This document shows positions 37,845 through 52,076 of a stretch of DNA of 64,000 bases, one piece after another. The first letter of the stretch is position 1. Each line of letters opens with the position of its first letter. The position numbers were made by a program, and so were the translations under genes. The notes beneath the pieces are model-generated. The model saw only the letters and a program-made list of their open reading frames with translations, did no database searches and was not told the DNA's origin. Where the stretch lies: contig MU057352.1 in assembly GCA_013239625.1 (NCBI GenBank), positions 27,668,764-27,732,763 on the forward strand, read 5' to 3'. Source of the DNA: Lama guanicoe (Eukaryota).

Positions 37845-37952
37845 TGGGGGAAGTGGGGAGCATGACTCTGTAGAGCGCATGCTTAGCATGCATGAGGTTC
37901 TGGGTTCAATTCCCAGTACTGCCATTAAAAAATAAATTTAAAAAATTAAAAA
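37845..37952 (+). mobile_element. Camelid tRNA-derived SINE (Vic-1-like)
   Basis: gtagagcgcatgcttagcatgcatgaggttctgggttcaattcccagtactgcc followed by an A-rich tail. Confidence 0.85.
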
Positions 37953-40900
37953 GAGATACCCTTTTTTTAAAAGATTGAAAATGTCTAAATCATGAAAAAT
38001 TAAAAAAAAGAAACCTGTCCAGAGCAGCCCTTTGGTGGGGAGGGGAGAGGAGGGCGGGCACTCAGCCTACACCAGCAGGAAATGAGGGAGGAGGTCCAAG
38101 CCAGGATTTTCCTCTGTGTTTGGCACCAGCAGGACTGAGAGCGCGTCGCTGTGGGGCTGAAAGCAGCGTCCCGGCAGGAGGGGTTGCAGACACTGCATCG
38201 AGGTCTGGTTTCAGAGGGACCGCGCAGCATAAACTGCCGCTTGATAGGGTCCTCACACGCAGTCAGGCTCCTGGGAGCATCACCTGATGACGATGGCAAA
38301 CAGGCAGGCTGGCGAAGGTTCCCGGGGCCAAAAGTGATGGGCAGACAACGCCAAAAGATGGACACTGAACAAGCTATGAGATGAGGAACAGGTCTGGAGG
38401 GCTGGTGCTCGCTCTGGGCTGCTGCGCAGGAAAGGTGCTACCTCAGTCGGAGCAGGGGTCTGCGGTTACATGCCATTAGCACTTGCTCTGCAAGACCGAC
38501 AGACAGACAGTGGCCTCTGTGTCTGGACACCTCTGAATGGGGAGCCTTTTACTGAATAAGCCACCTGACAGGCCACCTACCTGCTCTCGCCTGCCCGATG
38601 CTGAGCTCCCATACGCTTCAGGTGCCCTCTCAGCACTTTCCTGTTCCACTGAGAATTTAGTATGTCAGACACTCTGCTGGAGGCTGGAAACAGGACCCTG
38701 GGCCCCCCACACTCCTGGTCCTGAAAGGGCTTGCGGTCCAGTGGAGGGGCGGACAGGGCACTTATCCTGGACCCCCCGGGGCAGGGTGGGTGGGGAGCAG
38801 GCCGAGGTTTCCTGAAGGAGTGACGCTGGTTTTGAACACTGTAGGACTCCCAGGAATCAGAAGAATGCGAACATCCCCTAAGGTCCCTTCCACTGCAGAA
38901 GCTCTCAGGCTGCACCATATGGTGAGAGTTAGAGGTGCAGACCAGAATCCAAACACTCCCCAGACAACAGGGATGAAAAAGGACCCTGCAGTCCACTCTT
39001 CCAGATGAAAAACTCCCCGTGTGTGTGTAAGCTCTGGAGAACGAGCTTTATTTTCCCCAGCAATTAGAATTTCACCCACTGCTTAGATTATAACTGAGAG
39101 CTTCCTCCCGCATTCCTAAGGGGACCGCAGACCCACTTCACAAGGTTAATAAGTGAGCGCAGTTATTTTCACGACCCTGGGGGAGGTGTGGCATTGTATA
39201 CGTTGGAAACAAAGGTAAGTGTTTCTACTATCCTCAGTTTATAGAGGAAAGAAAAGGTCTAAGTGAATGCGGTTTGTGAAAAAAAAAAAGCATCATAAAT
39301 TCCCAACTCTAAATGTATGTACATATATATGGGGCAAAAAAAAGGGGGATAAATATTATGTGCAAGAAACTTGCAGAAATGTCAAAAGATATTCACAGGC
39401 AGGAAGAAACCATTCCATACATCAATGAAGATTTAAAGCCTTTTAAAAAAGAAAGGCTGCGTGGGAAACGAGGGGGCCTCAGGCGAGGCGGGCATCTTTC
39501 ATGAGAAGACGGCAGAACGCCTCCCTCTACTCTTTCTCTTGGTTATAAGGAGACAGCAGATTCCTTTCTTTTCTGGAAATAGAGTCCCCATAAACAGTCC
39601 AAAGCCCAGGCTGTAAAGACTGTTGGCTAAAAACAGTCACCAGCAGGCCCTGCGTGTGCGTCCTGGCTCTAGGAGACGCCGCGGGGCCCAGGCAGCCGGC
39701 GCTCGGCCACCCTGCTGAGGCCCCAGAGCACCGGGGAGCCCTCCGGCACAGATGGCCCTGCGCACAGGGTCCCCGCCTGCGGGAGACAGGCAGGTCCAGC
39801 TCTCTCTGCAGTGACAGAGGAGCTTGGAAACAGGAAGAGAGGTGCCTCCCACTGGCCCCCAGCCGGTCCCAGGATGAGGATGAACGGGTGTGCACACTGG
39901 CCACACTGACTCAGCAGGCAGCCGGGGTTAGAAGCAGATGCCCGGGCAGCAAGAAGAGGGTGCACGTGGAGAGGACACCTTGTGTTTCTCAGGAGTCTAA
40001 GCACAGGTTAGAGTGGTCTCGATAATCATGTGGCTGAGGGAGAAAGAATCCTTCCTTGTTCGCTGTAATGGCATGGGGAGGGCAACGTGGTCTCCCTTAG
40101 CACGTGTAAGAGTGAAGGTGGGGCAGGAGTAGCAGGTGGCACTCACGATTGCTATGGGTGTCACCCCCTCCAGGGGTGGGTGTCCTCACCGTCCCCACTC
40201 CCCACTGCCCCCGGGTGCTTAACTAGCACACCCCCTCCAAACAATGTTCACGCAGCCCCTGGCTTACAGCAGGCGCTCCATACACGCCTGACTTGCGTTA
40301 TCTAGTGTGTGTCCCGGGAGATGTTTTACAGCTGAACAGAAACAAGCACTTTCGCAGGGAAGGGAAGGAGGCAGGCAGAGCCTCTGACCGCCTCTGAATA
40401 TCTTTCGATATTTAGACAAGTTTATTGTGCCCACTGCTTTGCTTGGGGGACCTCTAAGCACACATTAATTGAATTTCTATTCAGCGCCAGGCAGGCTTCA
40501 GTCGGGGGCTCGGCATCCCTGTTAGGCACCGCGCACAGGGGGACATGCTTCTCCTTAGAGCCTTGCCGCTGCCAGGTAGCCCGTGCACCTCCCTGGGTCA
40601 GCAGGGCTCCCTGTGCTGCTCTCACGGGAACCCCCGCCACTGCAGTTTGAGAGCACCTCCCTCCACATGTGGCCCAGGAGCCGAGGCCTCCACCCTCCTG
40701 ATGTTCACCAGATCCCCCAGCCCGACAGGCAGGTGCTGGACAGGGACGAGGAGTGTGATGGGCCCCGCCTGCCTCTGCCATCCCCAGGGGCCCTCTGTGT
40801 GCTGGGGCAGCGCATGGCTCCTCTCCTCAGCTGATGCAGACACCCCACACTCCCACACAACAATCTGTGTCCTCGAGCAGTTTCTCCCCCTGTCCTTTCA

Positions 40901-41744
40901 CACAGATGATGCGCAGCTGCGGCATGGCCCGGGGGCCAAGGGCCCGGAGCTGGCAGCTGGTCCTCCCTGCCCTCCAGACCTGCAGCGTCGCCTGAGGGAG
41001 AGAGACAGACTAAACTCCCAGGGACGGAGCATTTCTGAGTTCTGTTTAGAGAATGTTTATTATAATAAATCATAAACCACTTCAATTATTCCTCCAACAC
41101 ATCAAGGTAAGTTCGTTTACAGCAAAGTGGGTCCAAGAACAGAACACAGACCTGTTGCTCATGTTACTCTGAGCACCAATGTGGTGCTGATGTCCACACT
41201 GTGCGCTGAGCCGGCTAAGATCCACTGAAGCTCAGCGCGGACACCACGGCCTGCTCATCACCTGCCCCATCTCCTTGTTACCTGTCCTCCCCTCTCAGAG
41301 CAGGAAGGTCTGCCAACCCTGACCCTCTGGTTGTCTTCCCTCTGCCTGGTCTCAGCCTGCGCCCCTTCCGGCTCAGAGCCCCTCACCCAACTCCCCGCTC
41401 CTCTGGGCAAGTGGCTGTGTGCGCGATGCTCCTCAGCCTCCTCTGGGGGGTGACCCAGAATGTCCACCAGCTGCACACGGCACAGGGTTGGGTGTCTTCA
41501 GCCACAAACACGTCGGTCTACATAATGCAGTGACGCGTTTACCTGCCTGGACCAAGTCACAGACTCTTCTACAAAGTGCACAGTGTTTCACCCACCCTGG
41601 GACTCCCACCGCTGCACACAGGGCCTAGATGGCTGCATCAATGCCTGCCAGCTGAACAGAAGCTTCCAGAAGCAAAAAGAGTTATGGCTGAATTCTACGA
41701 GCCCAGACTGGAGTTAAGGAGCTACGTCACTCCTATGAGAGGAG

Positions 41745-41950
41745 CTAAGATTTACTAAGACTTAACCAGGGCCAGGCACTCTGCGACCTGCTTCGTTTGC
41801 ATAATTACATATAACCCACACATTAGCCCCTCCAGGTAGGTTTCCCATCTCACAGATGAGAAAACAGGAGTTCAAAGAGGAGAAGAGCTTTGTCCCAGGT
41901 CACACACTGTTAAGTGAGGACACAGGGTCAAACCCAGGCAGCCTGGCTCC
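41745..41950 (-). mobile_element. MIR SINE
   Basis: ccaggcactctg...cccatctcacagatgagaaaacaggagttcaaagag...ccaggtcacaca core. Confidence 0.65.
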
Positions 41951-44900
41951 CTTTCGGCCACTCGCTGCGCCACTGGCTGTGCTGAGAACTCCTTCTCCGG
42001 CCCCTGTGACCTGGCCTGGGTGACCCACAAAATGAGCCCCCAAGTGCTTTTCATCCAGGCAAGGTCTCATCTCAGAGGCTGCAGCTCCCCTGGCAGGGCA
42101 CCCGCATGGCTGAAAATCACAAGGCTGTTCAGCTAAGTCCCACGCAGGGCCACCCCTCCCCCAGCCCACCCAGGTCAGCTTTCCAGGTCTGACCCCCACT
42201 GGGGCTTCCGAAGGCCTGTGAAGTCTTTACGATGCGCCAGGCCCTGAGCCAAGTGCTGCAGACCCCAGAGACGAATGAGACCGACCTCTGCTCTTACCAA
42301 GCCTCCAGCTTGATGGGAAGGAAAGGCATATGAGCAAACAGGCTTCCTAAGATACGGCTGGTGGTACAGTCTCCAGGAACAGACTCCTGCCCTCAGCCCC
42401 CACTCTCCCCACCGCCTAGGCGGATGCCCACAGGTGGGAGCAGCAAGCAGCCCAGTGGGCTGGTGAAGATGCAGGGAGAGGCCAAGCCACTGGGGGGGCC
42501 AGGAGGCCAGGGTGAGGTCCTACTCTCAGTCTATCAGAGACTTGCAAGTTACCGGAGGGCTTTAAGTGAAGGACGCTGGGATCTGACTCACATTTTGAAA
42601 AGATGGCTCTGTCTGAAAACTGGATCTTAGAGCAGCAGGAGGGAAGGTAAAGAGACAGGTGAAGAGCAAGGTCTGTGACCAGGGAGGAAGGCTGACAGCC
42701 CAGAGCGAGCGTCTCAGGATCCACTACACATGCCAGTCACCCGGGGACCAGGGACGACACTGTCTAATTCAGCAGGGGAGCCAGAAATTCTGAGACCCTA
42801 ACAAGACCCCTGATGCAGATGCTGCTGGCCTGGGACAGCACTTTGCGTAGCAAGGGCTTGACGGAGGTGGCGACAGGGGACTGTTTCAGGTGTGCTGTGA
42901 AGGGAGAGCCCACAGAAAGGAGAGAACCTGCCGACAGAGCGGGTCTGGGGCTGAGAGAGATGGCGGCAGGAAGACAGACACCCTGCAGCTGGAGTGGAGA
43001 GGGTGCATCCACTGGACAGGGAACCTGGATGGAGAGCGGGCGGGGGAGGATGTGGAGTCCACAGCTCCTGTTTAGGGGAACTCCTCTGGCCAGGAGGGAG
43101 CCTGCTGCCCCAGCAGGAGCGGAGACAAGAACCAGCCTGCAGCAGCACCGCCCTGGGCCAAACCCAGGGGAGGTCGGGACCAGACCCCTTCAGCTGGGGC
43201 TTACAGCTCTTGCTCCTCCCATCAGGTTGTCATAGCCCAGCCTTTGCCCCAAACCGGAAGCAGACAGTGATCTCAGCCAGCAAGGTGAGGCTGCAGAGAG
43301 GAGAGGGAACCCCTGCCTTGGCTGAAGACACAGATCAGGAAATGGGCACTTGAGCAGACAGAAATAAGCACAACAGTGTTAAAACTCAGATGCCGTGGAA
43401 TCTGGCAAATCGCATCAACCAAGCTGCAGCTTCCTGGGGCCCAACGGGAAAATCGGGTCTTAAGGAGAGGAAAAGAGAAGTGAGCTTCAAGAGATGGACA
43501 TCTTCAGGTCGGGTGAAGATGTTTCATATGAAAAAGAGTGTGAGAATGGATTAGGAAAAAAAGCCTTTATGCTCTATTTTTTCAGACAATTTCCCATAGT
43601 GGCCACAGATATGTTATGGAACTTTCACTTTCAACATTTCACAAAGGAATGAAATGACATTTGCAGTCACTGCTATGGAATAAGAGGGCTCAGCAAGTCA
43701 CAAAAGAGCCACGAAAGGAAGGAGGTTTGAGTATCAGCCATCAGGAGTCACATCAGAAACAGAAATCTCTAAAGGAAGTTTTATTTAAGACAAAGACAAA
43801 GAGAAGATTCCAGCAGCCAAGGGAGAGCTCAGGAAGGCTCACAAGGGACAAGAGTTGGCATTAAGTGACAGGGAGAATAACCCACTGCCAAGACCCCGAA
43901 TGAACTGTCTCGATCTGCGTGCTGAAGGTCACCGTCCGAGAAGAATGTGAAGCGTGCAGATATTGGATGAGGCTACCTGTGTGTGTGATTAGGAGGCTTG
44001 ATGTAATTACAGCTGGCAGGGCCCCAGGATCAAATCAATTGTACTGCAAAGTCCTTTAGGCCGAAGCCAAACCTCACCAACCAAAACGTGTGGTGAAAAC
44101 AGGTTCTCGCTGGAAGGGTTGGGATGAGAGGGGCAAACAGAGAAAGGAGTCAGAGAGGCTTCATATTTACATAACGACCAAAAGGACAGGGAATTAAACG
44201 ATAAAAGACGTCCATCTGGATTGCAGACATCTGCTCTACCCCAACAGGGACTCCAGAATTAGATCATGTGAGGGTCAGGGAGCACAGGGGACGCCTCTGC
44301 TCTCAGCCCTGCAAAGTGCAGCAAATGTGATCGCCTACGAAAGACGCGTGATTCCCTCGCACATGCCTGCAAAGGCATCTGGGTCCACTGTGACTGTACT
44401 TGGATCACGGAGTCAGGGAGCATGGACGGGGTGTGACATTCTCATCACACAACGAGGACGGAGCGAAAACACAAACAGTTAGTAACGGACGACACAAACG
44501 GCAGTTACCATGAGCGCTTTCAAAACTACACGTACTCGTAACCTTCTGGGAAGATTCCTTAGATGAACCACAACAGCGGCAAAACCATGATAAAGGGAAG
44601 GTGGGGCAAATAATCCAGCACTAGGGCTTCCTCACGGCGGGAAAGAATACAAATCTGCTGTTCCAGGGCCTCTCACGCCCCCAGCAAGTGGTCTGAAGAC
44701 AAGCGAGGTTCTGAGGGAGGGGGGGGGACAGAGAGAAAAGGGCTGGTGGCTTTCCCGTTACTTCCATGCCTTCAGTGAAGTCAGGGAGAGGGGTGTTGAC
44801 AGTGTGAGTCCCACGGCGCCTCCGTGGGAACAAGAGAAGGGCATTCCATTAACTCACCGGTTCTTTGAGCTTAAAAGGATAATAAAATGGGAAGGCTTCA

Positions 44901-46406
44901 CCCAGTCCTTTCCGTGGGCAGGATAAGGACAGAGACCTCAATTCAGCCCCACTTTATTGCAGTGCAGGTGGCCAAAATCTATAATCTTTAGAGGATTACA
45001 AGGGAATCTGGTGCGAACATGATTCTTCTGTGTTGCTGTGTTGTTAAATGACCAAATTAATGGAATGGAGTGACTAATTTTAAATGATAACAAAAATAAG
45101 ATTTTGTTCCCTCCCATAAGTCACCTTCAGATCCATCTCCCCGTTATTTGCCACAAGTCCTATGAGACGGCCAATCCCTACCCCAGAGGGGCAAGAGGCC
45201 TGCTCCGGGCTCCCCTTCCAGGTGGACTATGAAGAGCGAGGCCCCTCTCAGGCCAGACCTGCCCCTGAGAAGTCCCTTCCCAGAACAGCTCCTCCCCACC
45301 AGACGCCCCTGTGCAGACGGAAAGTGACAGGCTTTCCGGGGACCCCATGACTCGGGGCCTTAAGTTAAAAACAGGACAGGCTGGACCCATGTTTCCCTGC
45401 AAACAGGCAACTGATGTACGTGGTTGGCCACATAAGTGGATTGCATTTCCTCACAAAAATAATGAACTGCAAATAACAGACAGCAATTCCAGGGTTGGCT
45501 GCCAACCAACGCACGTCTTCCAGAGAACTGCCCCCGAAACTGCCTCAGACTACGTGCTGCAGGCTGGTGTTCAGGGAGGCTCTGAACTCCTCTCCTCCAG
45601 ACCAACACGTCCTGACCTCACCCTCCAGTGCCAACCACCCCAGGGGATCTGCGGGAAGATGACAAAGGGCTCGGGGAAGCAGCCAGGAGAGGGTTTTTTT
45701 TGTTTGTTTTGAACTAGCAGTTAAAGCATGTGGGAAGAACACTTGGGATTTTGAACAAGATGATGGCAGCCTTAATTCTGCACCACGCCCACCCGGCTGA
45801 GGGTCTGGGGACTGGGGGAGGGGACGGGGTGCCTGCAGGTCTCAGGCGGACTTCATTGCTCCTCCCTGGGGTTCCCTCCACTGGCGCGGGCTGCTGGCCT
45901 GGAAGCATCCAGCACATGGAGGGCAAACAACGAGCAGGGGAGTGGCAGTCCCGGGAGGCTCTGTAGAGCGGCAGGACCGGGACAGAGGCGCAGGCTCACT
46001 AGCAGAGTGTGCTCATCACAGTCCTGCGGTCCAGCTCCTCCACGGGAGGCAGAACAGTGAGGACCACGTGGTTGCTCTTGACCAGGGATGAGAGCGGAGC
46101 ATTGGTGCTTAGGGGAGGACCCCCGAGGGCCTGCGTGGCTCTGTTTGCCTCTCCTCAAACTGTGACTCTTTTCAGGACCTGCAAGGTGAGACTCATTCCT
46201 GAGCCCTGAAGGGAAATGTCAACTATGATAGAAATGAGGCTCTCCCCAAGTACGTGTGCTTCTGAGAAGCTGCCCCATCGCCCTGGAATATGCAACTCAA
46301 AATCGTCTCTATGACAACTGAGTATCTCAGTAAACAGCAACCTGGTCTAACAGGAACCTTCCATCGACAGACGCTGTCATACTCTGAGATGCACTACGTG
46401 CACATG

Positions 46407-47095
46407 TGTGATGGTTAATGTTATGTGTCACCTTGCCTGGGCCACGGGGTGCCCAGATAGCTGGTCAAACATGACTCTGGGTGTCTACAGATGAGATTAA
46501 CATTTAAAGGAACAGACCAAGTAAAGCAGGTTGCCCCTCCTAATGTGGACCTTGTCCAACCAGTCGAAGGCTGACTAGACCGAAAGGGCTGACTCTCCCT
46601 CAAATAAAATGGAATGCCTCCTGCCTGACAGCCTCGAGGTGGACACTGGATTTTTCCCGCTCTTGGATTCCTGTGGAAACTTCAGCTCTTCCCGCATCTC
46701 AAGCCTGCTGGCTTTCAGATGGAATTCACATCATCACGCCATCAGCTCTCCTGGCTCTCAGGCCTTCAGACTTGGGCTGGAACCTACACCATCTGCTCCT
46801 GGGTCTCTGACTTGCTACCTGCAGGTCTTGAGACTTGTCAGCTTGTCAAACTTCATCAGTGAGCCAAGTCCTTATTTTATACATATATATGCACACACAT
46901 ATATATATAAAATAAATATATATAATATAAAATACATAAATATACAATGTAAAAAATACATATCCTAATTTTATATATATATCATACATAGAGACACACA
47001 CATGTATAAACATACAAACACACACACGTATGTCTACACACACACACACACACACACAGGCCCCATTGATTCTGCTGGTTCTGTTTCTCTGACTA
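46407..47095 (+). mobile_element. MLT2 (ERVL) solo LTR with internal (TA)n/(CA)n expansion
   Basis: tgtgatggttaatgttatgtgtca...ggtgcccagata start and ctggttctgtttctctgacta end; simple repeats at about 46880-47058. Confidence 0.88.
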
Positions 47096-48499
47096 ACATG
47101 CTATGTTTCCTCACGGGGGCTCAGCAGGGCAGGCATGATAACTAAGTCCCAGAGAAGCAGGCTCGACAAAGTGCGAGCCCCTGGACAGCGGGGGGTGTCC
47201 TGGCCTGTTCACACAGGGCACGTGGACTGAAAGACTATTTTTTTTTTTAAAAAGCAACACGGATGAATGATCTGAGTCACTTTACCTGTGGCTCAGGAAC
47301 CCTTCTCCCAGCCAGGGCCCCCTCCACCCGCAGAGGGTGGCACCCCACGATGCACCAGCCCCACCGACCACTGCTGTTCAGGGGTAAACGCTCAGCAGTT
47401 ACAAAGAGCACTCAAATTTAACTCAGGAAGGCCCTGGATTATCATAAAGGCACCCTGTTGAGTCAGCCCTACCTTAAGAGGAAGACGCTGTGCGATTATA
47501 AGCTTTCCTCACTCTCCACAGACAAACACCACAGGGAAGAGGAGGGGGGCATGGTGCAGCTGCTGGCCTGGTGGACCCAGACCTGGAGGCCACGACCAGT
47601 GTCAGCAGGGGTCTGGGAGAGCTTCAAGTTGCTCTGCTGAACGCCAAACGGCCGGAATGCTCAGTGCGGACGCACTGCCTGGGTTCTGTGACTGAATGGA
47701 GGAACTGAGAAATTGTGATCTGTTAAAAATGCCAACGTGCCTTCAAGAAGGCAGCACAGGTCAGGGAGCCGATAGCAAGAGGACATACGGCTCGGAGAAG
47801 CGACGTGAAGCCGCGAGCTGTCTGCTTTCATCCTTTCTCCACTGGCCTTTGAGCTGAAGAGAGAGGCCAGGCTGGGGCACTTACCACCCCGTGGTGACAA
47901 CAGAACGTGTCATTTAACCTGAGCGGAGCCTCATCTGCCACCTCACCCTGTCTCCGGTCACCAGCACTGACCACCAGCTCCCGCTCCCACCTCAGCCTGG
48001 AACCCTGCCCCACCCACCTCCCAGCTACCCTCAAGACGCTGTTCAGACACCAGGGCGTCCACAAAGCCCTCCCTGCCCAGCACCTGCTCCCACCACAGAC
48101 CCAGGGTCAAGCTGGGCCAGTCCCAGTCCCCCGCGAGCCCCCAGCACCCTCGCCTGATGTCCCCGAAGCAGTCATTACTCTCCGCTGGAACTGCCTGTTT
48201 CAGGTCCGTGCTCTCCAGACCGCTTGACCGGTCCTGCTTACCTTTTTCCGTCTCACCTCCAACGTACTACTTACTAACGTGTTTATCACACGTGTGTGGA
48301 CTAGCTCCTGCCCTAAGGCAGACCGTAACCTCCGCGACCGTGCCGCTCATCCGTTCTGTCCCCTGCAATGCCCCCCGTGCTGGGAACAGCACCTGGAGGG
48401 TGGGAAGCTTGGGGGCTGTTTGTTGGATGAAAGAATAAACCACTTCCCTCACTAGACAATTTGCCCCTTGAGAGCAGGAGCTGTCTTAGCCCTGCAGCC

Positions 48500-48983
48500 C
48501 AGAGAGGCAGGCAGAATAATGCTCCCCCCCAAAGAGTGAGCGTCCTCGTCCCCAGACCTGAGAGCGGTCCTCACGTGCGCGTGAGCTGATGTGCCTGGGC
48601 TGATGACCCTGAGACGGGGAGATCATCCTGGATTATCCGGACGGGCCCAGTGTAGGTACAAGGTCGCTTAGGAGGGAGGACGGGGTCAAGCCCAGAGAGG
48701 CCAGTGGGACGAGGGAAGCAGGGGTCAGAGTGAGGGGACGTGGGAAGACCGAGCTCTGGAGATGGAGGAAGGGAGCCCTGCGTCAAGGAGTGCCGGGACC
48801 CCCAGGTCAGAAAAGGCAAGACGGGAGTCCTTCCCAGAAGGAAGGCAGCTGTCTGCGCCTTGATTTTATCCAGTGAGACCCATTTCAGACTTCTGACCCC
48901 CTGAACCATAAGATCATAAGTCTGTGTTGTTTTAAGGCTCTGGGTTCGTGGTGATTTGTTGCAGCTGTGAAAGAAACGAACGC
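48500..48983 (+). mobile_element. MLT1 (MaLR) solo LTR
   Basis: gcagaataatgctcccccc; gagatcatcctggattatccgg; cccatttcagacttctgaccccctgaacc; gtggtgatttgttgcagc. Confidence 0.82.
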
Positions 48984-51945
48984 ACCGGGGACCAAAGGTG
49001 AAGTGGCCGCGCAGGGAACGTCTGCGAAACGCACGCCGGAAATTCCTAGTAAGATGTCGCTTTCAGTCTCGAAAATAAATGTTAATCCATAAAAATAGCA
49101 AACAGTGAGTGAAGCCAAGAGCCAAACTTGGTGATGGTTGTCATTTTCGTAGGTCTTTCTTTTCCTTTAAGTGACTAATTTTGACTCAGAGATGCTTATG
49201 ACAATATTTCCCCTATGCTGGTAGGTCTTACATTTAACCTACTTAGGCAGTTTTATTAATCAAATGTACGTTTCCCCCTCATAAAACCCTAAAGCAAGAT
49301 TTAAAAAAAAAAAAGAAACCAGTTTATTTAATAAAAACTGGTCTTAAATGCAAAAGTAACCGCACTTAAAGTCGTCGTGTGACTCCTGCGGGTGAGGCAC
49401 GTGCAAGGATTCCTCTTTCTGAACATTTCCAAATGCTCACTCCCCAAGAATCTATTTTTAATGCTGACACTTGATGAAAGAGAGAAGTGACAGGAAATCA
49501 CTGAGGAATTATTTCTGTGTCCAACTGAAAATTTAACTGGTCTGAATTATGAGCCAAATCTTTCCCATGTCTCATTAAAAAGTGAGAAGAAAACAACTTA
49601 AGAAATGTTTTTTCTCAGCTCTTAGCTTCCCAAACCCCTCAGCCTAACTCCCAGTCCTGTTAGTATGTTCACCCTAGAAACCAAAAACTCTTAAAAACCG
49701 GAGATCAATAGATACATTTCAATCATCACTGAAAAACTTAGATACGTAAGAGTCTTTTCAGTTTACATTAATACATCATGAAAAAATTATCAACAGAGCA
49801 TATAATTATTTTTTTTAATATGGGAAAGAAATCTTGAAAGTTTTAAGCAACTGGAACCAATTCACGTACAATCCAGAATTTGTTTCGGTCCTTTGGAATA
49901 TCTCCAAACGCAGTTATTCAAGACTGTGTTAAACAGTGGCCCTCCTCTGAGCGCCGTATTTTCAATAAGCCCGAAGACGGAAAGGTGCCCCTGTTTTCTG
50001 CTACTGCGAACACATTACACCTGTTTACACTGGCTGTACCAGATGCTTATCTGCCTTATCCCTCCTCATGCTGTCAGTCTAATGCCTCGAAGCGCATCTA
50101 AGCTGTATCCTAAACCTGCACACCCTCATGTATCACTGCCTCGCCTGCAATGTGCCATAAATCATGTCTCCAAGTAGCAGCAAGCCAGTTCAGTTCCTAG
50201 AAGGAAGGTGCAAGTCACAGTCGGTGGCGCCTTCCTGCAGTTCTCAAAGGGATTTGGCATGTGTGAAACATCCAGCGTTCTCCTGATACCATCCCACGAT
50301 GCCAGGTCCAGCTCAGGACCCCACGTGCCACGATGCACACGAGTTTCAGAAGAGATTTTTAAGACAATGTGAAGACTGCAATCTAACAAACACAAAGAAA
50401 AGCTGAAAGGCTGTTTGGCCTAGAGGCGTATGAATCTGTTCCCAACCAGTGCAGAACACCAGGCCCCTGCAGACAGAAACATCAAACTCCCACTGCCCGA
50501 CTTCTCTTCGGGGTCTTGTTGAAAGAAAGCAGGCGAATGGAGGAGGGTTTCCAGAACATGCAGTCCAAACACTCATCTAGACGTGCTAAGTCTTGTCTGT
50601 GGATCCAGAAACCCAGAGTTAAACCAGAATGCCTAATTCCCCGGAGAATTCCTTAGCCTGAAGTTCATACTTTGCACTGTGGCCCGGGCACACTTGAGGG
50701 GACAGTCATGGAGACAGCACTGGGAAGTCTACTGATTTATCAAAGGCCAGTCACTGGGGATACATCACCCAGGGATGTGAGAGCTGCATTAAGAAACAAC
50801 ATTCTTTGTTATTTGCCAAGAAAACCTTACCGCTTCCACCGTTAACTGTTTCAAGTTTCCTCCTTGTCTTTTATTATAAAATTCTGTACCAATTGTACAG
50901 CAGAACTTGGATAATTCTAGTAACATACACCTCTCCCACATCTCCACTCAAACGTCAGGGATCTGTCCCAGTAACCTTTTACGAAGCAGCCCCCAGCCCA
51001 CACCCCTTGGCCCACACCCTTCCCCCACCCCGTTCACCATTTGACATCCTTTAGGTCTCACTTAAATATTTTATCTTTTTCTCACTAGAGTAACCACATT
51101 GATGCGAAACACTGGAACCCTAGCAAGGAGAACACTGCAGGCACTTCCTAACACTGAGTGAACCACTAGAAGAATGGAAAAACCGTGTAGAACTTTATGG
51201 CCTGAGATTCAACCTTCTCCATGTACTTGAACTTGATTCTAAATTATATACCCTGGGTTTGCCCTGCTTCTGATGTGCTTACTCTTTTTTTTTTTTTTAA
51301 GTATTTGTGTAAGCCAGCTTAAACCTTTGTACAACGAGGAAGACAGTAGAGAGAGAGGTATGGACAGATAAAAGGATGATCTGATTACAGATTACCACAC
51401 ATACTGCATTCTAGCAGATGGTGAGGTCTGTCCTGAGGTTAGAGCCAAACAGTATAACAACCAAGTAGAGTAACCTTTATTCAAAATCTGGTCATGTTCT
51501 TCCGGTCAGTCACCCTGGGTTGACTTGATCAGGTGATGTTTCATATTTAAAAGGCCAGTCTGCTGGGAGACCCTCCTGGCTTCTCTGGCCCCATGGCCCC
51601 CACCTGTTCCACTGACTCATGCCTGAGGCACCAAGGCTGCTTTTGCCCATAGGTGTGTCCAGACGTGCCCACATCACGCTCATTTCACTCTGGGATTGCT
51701 TTCATTCAGAAGGAATGAGTAAAGTTTCCAGAACTTTTCGAAATATACTACACCTTCCCCCACAACATCCCCCCACACGCAGAGCTACTGCAGACACAAT
51801 CCCATGATAACCGGAGGCGGAATAAAAAATGCCTGAGACTAGACCAATTTCGTTCCAAATTCTACCTCAGCTAAGTTAAAGCCCTGAAAGCTTCCGGGGG
51901 CAGGAGAGAGGGTGCGTGCAGAGTGAGGAGAGGGCACGGTCCTAC

Positions 51946-52076
51946 CTGTTTCACGACGGTCACCGTCCCTGGCGCCATGGCAACCACCGAGGCAACGGCG
52001 GTGGCATCGTGGGTCTCGGTGCCCAGCTCGATGATCTGCTGGAGGAAGTTCACGGCTGTGGGGTCAAGCCGGTCAC
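51946..52076 (-). CDS. ZFAT: ZFAT coding exon (probably exon 15)
   Basis: (G)DRLDPTAVNFLQQIIELGTETHDATAVASVVAMAPGTVTVVKQ. Acceptor ttcttcccggtaag|GT, donor CAG|gtagg; 131 nt, phase 1 to 0. Confidence 0.94.

Noticed and set aside
37860-37925. tRNA-like sequence (also 670-745)
   Set aside because: A-rich tail, degenerate stems and, for the 598-746 copy, a TSD indicate SINEs, not tRNA genes.
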